Under the pieces are notes generated by a model. It was not told the DNA's origin. It made no database searches and saw nothing but the letters and a program-made list of their open reading frames with translations. From Peribolospora baueri (lineage: Eukaryota): 64,000 nucleotides of DNA. Shown in pieces: positions 24,339-34,498 of this stretch (within the stretch, counting starts at the first letter, position 1; each line of letters opens with the position of its first letter). Location: contig JAMDHS010000018.1 of NCBI GenBank assembly GCA_029717555.1, positions 62,001 through 126,000 on the forward strand. The letters are read 5' to 3'. The position numbers and the translations under genes were made by a program.

Positions 24339-26613
24339 TCATGGCGACGCGGCGGCAGCACCCTCATCATGAGGCGACGCAGTGTTGGCGGATCCGGGCA
24401 CGGCGGCAGCGGCGTTCGCGTGCGCCGTGTCAGCGTCGTCGTGAGCCGGGGCAGAGCCTTCGGGAGCCTTTTCCTCCCGGCGCGACATGCGGCGGGAGAG
24501 GTCGCTCGAGCCCTGTCGGTCTTGCGACGGTCCCGCCGAGCCCTTCTTCTCGACCTGGCCCGCGACATGGTCCCATCCAAGCCGTTGTGATCATCAGCGT
24601 CGAGGTATGGAAGGAGGAACGTAACATTTGCTTCGATGCTGATACTCACGGCATAACCACCAGGACCGATCTCGACCTCGCTGCCCTTGTGAGGCGCGCT
24701 GTACTCGGGCACTTCTTCGCCATGGGCACCCGACGTGCTAGCCTCAGGCTCCAGACGGTCGCCGGAAACGGGAGCATGAGCCGGAACGCTGCCAGTCGGA
24801 CCGTTGGCAATTTCGGCAGCGCGAGCGCTGTAAAAAGTTGGCTGATCAGCACAGAAAGTAGGACCGTCCACGACCGAAAGACACCCGCGCCGCTCACCCG
24901 TGCTGGACCTCCTCCTCTTCCTCCTCCTCCTCTTCCTCTTCTTCTTCTTCCTCGACAGAGCTTCCCTCCTCCTCGCTCCCCTCCTCCTCTTCCTCGCTCC
25001 TGTATCCAGCAGCACGCACGGCAGCGGGCACGGGTCCGGAGCGGTCCATCTGCTCAGACGAAGTGAGGTAAACCTTGCTCAACTGCTTGCACTCGTTCCA
25101 CCACTCCAGGCACTCCTGGTGGCTCCTCGCGCGGAATGTGTACGCGTGCTCGCGGTTCATGCCCAACCCGGCGAGCGAGCCGCCACCGCCGCCGCCGAGT
25201 CCGCCGGACACCTTTCGCCCCTCGATGTGGAACTTGTGGCTCTTGGAAGACATGGTCGACGGGGCTCCCAGGGTACACTCGGGGAGGAAGAGGCTCAGAG
25301 CCGGGTTGGGGTGCTTGGTGAGGTCACTGCTGGCGTGTTCGTGGAGGTAGCCGGCAGGGGTGAGAACGTAGAAGGCTTCCTTGTAGGTCTTAGTGAACCG
25401 CTTCTTGCGCTCGAGGATGCCCTGGTGGACGGGGATAACCGACGGGTCGTCCTTGCCGGGGTAGTCGATCATCTCCGGGTTGCGAAGTGGTGTGTCGGGG
25501 TCGAGGAGGTGATCCGACCGAGCTGCGAAAGCTATCCACTCAGCGTTGGGCTGGAGGCTTCGCATTTGGACGCCGAGAGCGAGCCAAGTGTCCTGTACCT
25601 GCGCGCTCATCCGTCCGCTCCACTCGTCGAAGGTCTGCCATGCGGACTGGATGCTGCGCACGATACCCTCTTCAAAATGAGCGCTATTCTGCTGCATGAT
25701 GATGATGCTCTTCTGTAGGGCGTTCTCCTCGGCGACCTGGTGCTGGAGCTGACGGAAGACGCTCTGGTTGGCGATGTACGGGTCCTCACGAGCGGTGACA
25801 TTCATGGGCGTGTTCTTGAGCAGAGTAATGGAGCGGGCGAGTTCGGAGATCATCTTGATCGACAGCTCACGCTCCTTCGAGACGCCGTTGGCGAGTTTGC
25901 CCGTGTCCTGCTGGACGTTCTTGATGTGTGCCTTGATCTCGGCGCGGAGCTTCTGGAGGTGCTGGACAATCGATCCCTCGACCGTCTTGGCGAGCGACGC
26001 GTGGTGGTCGGCAATCACACGGGTTTTATCGCTGCAGCGGCAGGACAAAAGGACGAGAGGAAACCGATTAGGGCGATGGGAAGAAATGCTCTCGAGCGCG
26101 GTCCAGAAGTCGGTTGGCTCACCGAATGCCGTAGTAGATGTCCTGCATGCCATTCTCTCCAAGGAACTGGTGCCCTTCCTATAAGTGAGGAAGGGCAGAA
26201 TCCGGTCAGGGTCACAATCGCAGGGAGAGCACCCGAAGGGTAGAAGGAGAGACGAGAAGACTGACTCTGAAAGGAACCTGGATGACGCCAGCGAGCTTGG
26301 TGAGCTCCTTGGCGGTGTTGTACTCAATATCAGCTATGCCCTCAAAGTATGCGATTAGCTGCTTGGTGACGTGCTTCCAGCCTAGAGCGCGCGGGCGCAG
26401 AGAGTCAAACGATGATGAGCACATGCACCCGTTCCACCAAGGCGTCGCGATCGACCTGTACGCACCGGTGAACCTCTCGATGAGGATGTCGCTCGGCCTC
26501 AGCTCGTGCGGCCCAGTGTTCTTCTTGATTAGGCTGGCATTGCGGGAGGCGACAGTGGACCTCCTCGACACCGATGTGGCTCGGGAGACGGAGTGGGCGT
26601 CGTAGGTCGACAT
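24339..26613 (-). CDS. Slm1/Slm2-like BAR-PH domain phosphoinositide-binding protein
   Basis: ILIERF..WKHVTKQLIAYF coiled-coil/BAR region. PH domain HQGILERKKRFTKTYKEAFYVLTPAGYLHE...YTFRARSHQECLEWW, followed by a poly-Glu tract. Confidence 0.85.
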
Positions 26614-27372
26614 GGGTGCGTGCGGTGTGATGACCTGTACGCGGACGTGATGAGAAGTGGGAGAGAAGGTTTGAAGCCTTGAGCAAGAAGAAGCGATGGC
26701 AGGGGGCAAAGGGGATGGAGACGTAGATGTTAACAATGAAGGAGGTAAACGAGGATGAGATGGATGGTGGTCAAGGACGGTGGGCGATGGTTGATCGGCC
26801 TCATCGTATGTTCCTCCGTCGCGACTCCGGGTTACGTCATGGGGCAAGCCCCTCCGCTCGGCACGCCGACCCGGCCTGGCCTTCCTCTCGACCGGATGCG
26901 CGACGAGACGTCGGTACGTAGCTTATTCGCTGAGATTGCGTTTATTTGCCATCTGGCACCTTTGTTCTTCAGGATTTCAATGCAATGAGGGCATTCATCG
27001 TATCCACATGTACATATGTGATGTGCTCGTCAGGGATCGTAGAGTAGGAGAGGGGGAGAGGGGGGCGTCATCCTGCTTGGCTTAGCTTTCAGGACCCGAA
27101 TGGGCAAGTGCCTTGCCTTTTCTGGGCCTGCAGGCACCCGACACCACTTCAAGCATGTAATGGCCTTGAATACGATCTGCTGGGACAGCGTTCATGCGAG
27201 AGCGACGGAGGGCAAGGGCAAGGAAAGAAAAAAGGGAAAGGTCGTCGTCATGTAGCGTCTGCCTCGTACGATCGCCGCAGTAGTGCCGCAGCAAATGACC
27301 GCGGACATCGTCGAGACTATGATAACGTCCGTCAGGGTTCTCTCTCTCGTAAAGACCGTCGGACGACTTAGG

Positions 27373-29656
27373 ATGGTGGCGGATGGTGAGCCGAGTCCAG
27401 CCATCGGTCGAGTGAAAATAAGCAGCAATCGATGCTAAAGGTCGCTCCTCCCACCCGTCGTATGCTTAATTTCGACCAGAGGCGCTGACATCACGCGAGC
27501 GCCAGGCGAGGGCGCAGGAAGTGCTCGCTGCCATGCTCGACAGACCTTCGGCAAAGGCAAAGCTTCTTTCGGAGATCGTGAGCCAAACGGCCGGCACTTG
27601 TGGTGCCGGTGCAAACGATCTTCTTCTCTACGTTCTCACGCCCTTCTGACGTGCTCAACAGTTACGCTCGAAAGACAACCGATTTCAAGAGTTCTGTCCG
27701 CACCTCACCCGTCTCGAGTGTCAGCAGAGGATGGGTACTGTATGTCCGAGGGTGAGTGAAGCTCGCGCTATGGCCGTATCTTCTTCATCCTGTCTACTTT
27801 CGATGTGCTCCATCTTTCTCACTTCGGTTCTGTGCCTTTCATTCACGTTCTTTAGGTACATTTCCGACCTGTCTATAAGGTGAGGGAGGCTTGCCTCAAG
27901 CCTTCAAGCGGTCTCATGCACCAGAGGCTGACGACGGCGTGGACTCTTCTTGTCTTCCAAAAGCCTCATACGGACCCGTCCTTTGGACATTGCAGGTGTG
28001 CATACTCCTCTGCCAAATTATCCCGAATCGAGTCAAGGCTGACTGAACGGTTGCGGACCGTCCCCACCCTCTCTTTTTCTGCCTCATCCCACCGGGTGCA
28101 TTCTTATTTTTGTGCAGCTACCTCAACACCTGTCACCGAACAGCAACTTGCAAGTACATGCACTTCGACCTTGACGAGTCGGGCGATTTCGAATGGCAAG
28201 CCCCGTACGAAGAGGCCGTGGATCCGATCACCCAGGCTGTTGGCAGCTTGGAGGCGTACCCTGAGTGGAGGAGGGGTTGGCAGGTAAGCTGTTCAACTGA
28301 CTACTGGATCGAGAGAGTATGCGAAATGGGACGAATGACCAAGTCAACATTCCGGTTTTTTGTTTGCTTTGTTCGGGTTGGTCGAATGAGCAGCTTCCAC
28401 CTCAGTGGTTGAACGTGGACTTGAGAAACTTTGACTTTTCAGTGCTGGGCAAGTTTGACGTCATTTTGGCAGACCCACCGTGAGTCGCTTTACTGGTCTG
28501 CCGCTATCCAAATCTCCGCTTTGACTTACGGTCTCGGTGATCTTCTACTCTCCATGATGGCAGGTATGACATCCACATGGTGAGAATAATTTCTTCGATG
28601 ATGATTGCGACTCATGCCGACGCCTTACGCCCTTCGACCCTTCTCCACGGCCGCGCAGAGCCTACCCTATGGAACAATGACGGATGACGAGCTTCGATCA
28701 ATGTCAGTCCCACAATTGCAAGACGAAGGTCTCTTTTTCCTCTGGGTGACCGGCAGGGCGCTCGAGCTCGGGCGCGAACTATTGGCTCACTGGGGGTGAG
28801 CGCTTTGGTTACCATTTCTCGGCTCATACGCTCTATCCAGGGACTGAATTTACTGTTGCACGCGACAGATACACGCGCGTCGACGAGCTCATTTGGGTCA
28901 AGATCGGCCAAACGCAGAGGTTGATCAGGACCGGTCGGACGGGTCATTGGCTCAAGTGAGTGTCCTGTTTTAGGGGGAATCTTGTTTTGCCGGTGCGATG
29001 CGCAAGGCGGAAGGCGGCCACTGATAGGCTCGTATTGCTGCCCCTTGGCACCTCTCCTCGTCACTCTCGCAACTACCAGCCACACAAAAGAACATTGCCT
29101 GATCGGCGCCAAGGTGCGCAATCGTCCTCCCAACATCCTCGTCGATGGCCCAGCGAGAGCCGTTCCTACTTGGGTAAACCGTGGGATTGACTGTGACGTG
29201 ATCGTGAGCGAGGTGAGGAATACGAGTAGGAAGCCAGACGAGCTGTACGGGATCATCGAGAGGCTTTGCCCCGGTGGGAGGAAGATTGGTGAGTTTACTG
29301 CGAGTAATCGAGGTCGTGGTTGCGCTCGAGTTTCAGCTGCAAGAGACGAAAGGTCTCCACTATCGTCTAACGGCTTCCCTTTCGTTGCTGGACGATGACA
29401 GAGCTGTTTGGAAGGTGGCGCAACGTCCGGCCAGGGTGGCTGACGCTTGGAAATCAACTTGGACGCGGTGACGAGATTGTGAGTACGCTGCGTCACGGCA
29501 CTTTTGCGTTGTGAACAGTGAACGGTCCTCTAACGCCAACCCCTTCCTCGTCGGCCGTTCCCCCGTCGCTAGCATGACCAAGGTCTGAGGGAGAGGCTCG
29601 TACGCCGATATCCTGAACGTGCTGTCACTCTGTCGTCGTCATCCGTCCATGCCTAG
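27373..29656 (+). CDS. IME4: mRNA N6-adenosine methyltransferase catalytic subunit (MT-A70; METTL3/Ime4 orthologue)
   Basis: Zinc-finger region [10 protein letters not shown]...[28 protein letters not shown]70 domain [26 protein letters not shown]...[14 protein letters not shown]...[21 protein letters not shown]...[15 protein letters not shown]...GWLTLGNQL. The start may be at 27295. Confidence 0.93.
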
Positions 29657-30126
29657 TGACGAGGCGGATGCCACGCCAGGCCCCAAGTGGGTCGATTGGC
29701 TTCATCTCCATGTCCTGGTGTGAATTGAATTGCGTTCATCGTCGACCAAGAGCGCCTACAGCGGCGAAGTTGAATTCAAATTACTGCCACCGACGTCGCC
29801 GCCCGTCGACGCATTCTTCTTCAACGGACGCTTGCACGGTCCGCCGCCCGAGCTCCTTGTCCCTTCGGACAGGACAGATTCGAAGGTTACAGCACGAGTT
29901 TAAAGTCCAGCTTTACGATGGTCTCCTCGTTCCTTCGCCCTGTCGCCCTGTTCGCCGTTCTATGCGTGTTTGTTGCCAATCCAAGTCCTCTTTCTCTGAC
30001 CACCGGGACCGAGCGGAAACTGGCCCATGGCCAGTGGGCTTGGGATTGTGGCCACGTCGCACTCGCTCCTCACCTGCGCCGTCTTCTGGTTGCTCCCATC
30101 GGATGCAGTCTCCCAGTTGTCGTCCT

Positions 30127-30279
30127 CTATCTTGGGTCCTTATCTGTATTCAAGACATTTGCACGTGTTGTCCTTCTCTAAATTTCATTACAATCCTTCT
30201 CTGCGTCCGAGAGATAGCCGCGATAAGCGAGCCAGGGCGCCCTTTATATAACCCACACGACCGGCGAACGATCAGATAG
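30127..30279. promoter_or_regulatory. Cluster of GATA-core sites plus TATA upstream of the thymine dioxygenase
   Basis: CTATCT 30127, TTATCT 30140, AGATAG 30212, CGATAAG 30221, AGATAG 30274; TTTATATAA at 30243. Confidence 0.5.
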
Positions 30280-30345
30280 ACCGACGTCCTCCTACTTTGC
30301 CCTTCCGTCCAGCTCTCTTTTCGCCTCAAACCCGTTTCTCAACTC

Positions 30346-32180
30346 ATGTCCACCTTCCGCTGCTCTCGAGCTCTCGCCTCACGCGGTCTCCGCCAAGCCT
30401 ATGGTGTGCCAGTGCGAAGGTTGGCAACCGTAGCAGAGGTGTGTGTGGGGGAAAGGGGAGGGGGTTTGGAAGTCCGGCGGCTCCTCTGGAGTGCCGAACA
30501 TGTGGGTTAACCACTCTCCCCGTATTTTCCTTGCAGGCTCCCAAGAAGGCTGTTTCTTTTAAGATCCCTGTGGTCGACTTTAGTCGCTTCCAGCACGCCC
30601 AGTCGGACGCCGAGAAGCTCGACTCGGCCAAGGAGCTCGTCCACGGCTTCAAGGAGGCCGGCTTCGTCTACTTGGACAAGCACTCCATCCCTGCCGAGGT
30701 GGTTCGGGACACATTTGCAATGGTAAGTTGGAGGCCTTCAACTATGGCTCCGCAGGCTCTACTGGACGGGTCGTCGACAACAGAGGCCCGCTCGAACGGG
30801 CGCTGATCCATTCTCCCACTTGAATGACCAGAGCAAAACATTTTTCGAACTGCCCATGGAAACGAAACTTCGTCTTTCTTGGAAAGGTGCGTGTCGGAGA
30901 ATCTGTCATCAAAAACCAGCTAGGATCAAGGTGACGTCTGACTTACCCTACCCAATCCCACCGCTTGCCTCTCAATCACGCTCGCCTCCTCATCGGCTTT
31001 ACAGATCCTCGCTCCAACCGCGGTTACGTAGCTCCAGGCAGAGAGCTGGTGACGCAGTCTAAGTCAGCCGAGGAGATTGCAAAACTCCGCAAGAGCAAAC
31101 CGGACTACAAGGAGTCCCATGAGATCGGGAGAGAGTGGGACGAGGTGTGGCGGAACGAGTGGCCTACAGAGGCGGAGGTGAGCTCTTCTGATGACTTCAA
31201 GTGAGGGGCTGAGTACAGTACAAGCCGTCCAGAAAAAAAAACCGTTGCTGATGCGACATCGATATCCGCACGTATTTCTTTTTTTCCGAACCAATAGCTC
31301 CCAGGCTACAGAACGACGATGCTCAGCTTCTTCCGCACCTGTCACGAGCTGCACGTCTCGGTGATGCGCTCTCTCGCTCTCGGCCTTGATCTTCCGGAGC
31401 ACTGGTTCGATGACAAGGTAGGTGGACCAGGGAATAGCTGTCTCTCCTTTTGGTCGGCCGAGATTAGATGGGTAAAATGGCTTCCGATCTTGCCTAGCAT
31501 GTCTTCCTACTTCCCTGCTCCTGAACTAACTGCAACTCTCGACTTGCACCCTGCTTTCACTCAATCCACCGCCCTCAGGTCAACGAGCAATGCCACAACC
31601 TCCGCACACTCTGGTATCCTTCCATACCCACCAAGCTCCTCCGCACGGGCGGTCATCGTGCTGGGGCCCACTCAGATTACGGAACTGTTACTTTACTCTT
31701 CCAGGATCAGGTGGGAGGGTTGGAGGTGCAAAACCCACATACGGGCAGTTACGTCCAGGCGACCCCCATTGAGGGCACTATCGTTGTGAATGCTGGAGAT
31801 TTGTTGTGTGAGTCGACAAATCCCTCTTTGAAAGGCCTATTTAACGCGTCTGGACTGTCCGTATATGGCCACGATGCGCTGGCCGCCCCAGAGACGGTCC
31901 TGGATCTGACTCTCTCGTTCGGTTTGGATCCTATTCAGCCCGCTGGTCGAACAACGTCCTCCGCTCGACCCTTCACCGTGTCGTCGCGCCAGCCGTTGAC
32001 CCGAATGCCGGCGAGGATGCCAAGACGCCCTCGCGACAGAGCATCGCTTTCTTCTGCAACCCCAACTTTACACAGAAGATCGAGTGCATCCCCACCTGTG
32101 TGGGCGAAGTGGGGCCCAAGTATCCTCCCATCGGGACGGAGGAGTATATTGTGTCGAGGTTGAAGGATACATACAATTGA
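30346..32180 (+). CDS. Thymine 7-hydroxylase (thymine dioxygenase)-like 2OG-Fe(II) oxygenase
   Basis: IPVVDFSRF, HGFKEAGFVYL, W|..PRSNRGYVAPGRE.VTQ, PDYKESHEIGRE, HSDYG (HxD), TLLFQDQVGGLEV, RWSNNVLRSTLHRVV (distal His), RQSIAFFCNPN (RxS). Collinear with fungal T7H as I recall it; adjacent to an IDCase gene. Confidence 0.85.
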
Positions 32181-32378
32181 GTGGTGGGGCGAGAACATTG
32201 GCTCAGCCGCTGCGTTTCGAAGAACGGTATGTGGTCGATGATATGTCACTATTTAGGGTATTTCCGGCGCTTTCCATGCCCCATCCCTTTTGTCCATTGG
32301 AATGAACACATCATGAACCTTTAAGGCCAGTAAGATTGGTACTCTGCTCGCCCTGGGTCAAGCAGGTGGATCCGTTGC

Positions 32379-34193
32379 TCAGACGTCCAACCCGAACAGC
32401 CTGATTGCGTTCTCGCCTTTGACGTCCGCCTTGTCCTGCGCAGTCCAAGACTCTACGGAGTCGATGGCGCTGAGGTTCTCTTGCACACTGCGCCATTGCA
32501 GTTCTTGTTCTTCTGCAGTGATGGGTGGGAAGAAAGGGTGGTCGGTGCCTGCGGGCGAACGAAAAATAAAAATAAAAAAATAAAAAAAAAATAAAAAAGA
32601 GGAAGAGGAAGAGGAAGAGGAAGAGGAAGAGGAAGAGGAAGAAGGAATGATGAGCGGGGTGGTCGAGCGACGGGATGGAAGGCGGCCTCCGAGGAACGGC
32701 TGCGTATGCGCGTCCTCGGACTCACCAAACATCATCCTGCCAACGCCAGGTGTCCCCTTCCTATCGATCATATATTTGGGCTCCTCCAATCCCCTCTTGA
32801 ATCCTCTAGCTCTGCCGGCCGTCTTAGCCACGAACTCCAACTCCTCTGCACCGTACGCCACAGCGTCATAGTAGAGCTTTCCAAGGTAGTACCTCACGTC
32901 GTGCTGGAGACGAGAGGAAACGAGAGGGTCGTGGATTACACAAGAGGAGAGGCGAGAGGAGAGGGCCGGAAGAGCACCGCCACTGTGTGCCAGAAGGAGA
33001 CGAAGGTTCGGCAGGCGATCAAAGATACCAGAGAGGATCAGGCGGGTGGCGGCCTACGGAAGAAGGGACGCGCGAAGAAGCTCCGTATCAGTATGTGTGA
33101 AATGTTCAGGTAGCGGAGCCATGTGAAGCAGCAAACAAGGAGAGCTGAGACGGTCTTTTGAATCAGTTCAACGCCAATTACCTACAATTGTCGTCTCCAT
33201 AGGAAAGCCCATAGCCAAGGGTAAGACGTGGCCGTTCTCCTTGTCGCCGTATAGCCCATCCGGACGATTCGTGTCAGCGCCAAAGCCGTAGTGAGGGTGC
33301 TAAGCGGTGGAATGCAGATCGGCAAGTAACAGAGGGTAGCAAGAATGAAGAGCGTTCCAATGGGGAGAGAGACAAGAATGGGGATCTGTCAGTGGACCAC
33401 TACACAACATGAATCAGAGTGACAGGCGGATAGCATCTGCTCACCAGAAAAACGGTTAACCCCTCCTTACCAATCTCTTCCCAAACAGGTAGCAGCCTCT
33501 CGTCATCCAGTCCTTTGCCAATTCCCCGACTGCCAAGGATGAGACCCTTCAAATGAGGCAGCTCGGCAATCTGCTTCACCGCCTCTCTAAGCGCTTCGAT
33601 GTGTATGCCCTCCACAAGCGGGAGGACTCCAAAGGCAAAGAGCCTCTTATCGGTTCCAGGAGCAAACTTGGACGAGAGGGAAGATGCGATAGAGGGCGAT
33701 TGTGAAGATGGGACGGTGGCGCAGTACTCTTCCAGGTCTGCGTTCACCTCTAACGCGGCTTGCACAGCCTCAGAAGGGGAGAGGAAGTCGAGCCACGGGT
33801 TGGCGGGGGAGACAATCGACACGTCAATAGAATGGTTGTCCATAAAAGAGAGTTTGGCAGCGCGAGACCAGTACTGCAAAAACAGGATGAACACATGGGC
33901 AAGAAAAGTGTAGGGGGGGATCGATGAGTCGTCAGACGAAACGTCAAGAAGCCAGCACGCTACCGGCCTACCTGTTCTCCAATGGGTCTTCCCCCGCTAG
34001 GCTCATCTGGAAGGAGCAATAATCTGTCCTCGCTCGTTTTTCCGTCAGCCGACGTCCTAGAAACGATCTTGGGGACTTCTGTGCGTCGGCGCATCATGTC
34101 CACCAGACGAGGGGTGTAGACATGCGTGTGGACATCGACGAGGAGCGGGCGCTTGAAGACCGCGCGGAGAGCGGAGAGTGGAGCGGAGGACAT
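32379..34193 (-). CDS. Uracil-5-carboxylate (iso-orotate) decarboxylase, amidohydrolase superfamily
   Basis: VDVHTHVY (HxH metal motif), KLSFMD...IVSPANPWLDF, GIGKGLDD, VFL|HPHYG, GHVLPLAMGFPMETTI|A, LLLAHSGGALP, MMFG|TDHPFFPPI. These are diagnostic IDCase motifs. Confidence 0.9.
32599..32640 (+). repeat. (GAGGAA)7 microsatellite next to an A-rich tract, inside the last IDCase intron
   Basis: Directly visible. Confidence 0.95.
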
Positions 34194-34498
34194 CTGCAAC
34201 GAATAAAGATACTGGAAAAGGGCGGGAAGCTGTGAGGCCAAGTACGAAGAAGGAGAGGAGCGAGGAGGGCGATACTTTCCAGCTCGTCGTCCATCCCCGC
34301 TCGCCTCGTCTTCTCGATCGTGATAAGACCCGCCCGCGCACGGACGGTTCGCGTAGCCGCAGCAAATAAGAGATAGGGAGATAAGTCTGGAAGACGGCTG
34401 AGCCAAGTCGTGCGCAACGCCGGACGGCTTGAGAGACGACTGGATTCTTCTGGCTCATGGTTGCTTGAGCCGGTATGTTTGCCTCTCACATTCGCCGA
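34194..34498. promoter_or_regulatory. Putative bidirectional promoter (IDCase/ALDH) with three GATA sites
   Basis: 305 bp between the divergent ATGs; TGATAAG 34321, AGATAG 34371, AGATAAG 34379. Confidence 0.55.

Noticed and set aside
29918..30181. 87-aa hydrophobic ORF between METTL3 and T7H
   Set aside because: No recognisable motif and it overlaps the GATA-rich T7H promoter; treated as a chance ORF.
34057..34458. Upstream ORF (MSQKNPVV...) as a possible extra first exon of IDCase
   Set aside because: Its ATG would be only 40 bp from the divergent ALDH ATG. The CAG just before the IDCase ATG more likely reflects a 5' UTR intron or chance.
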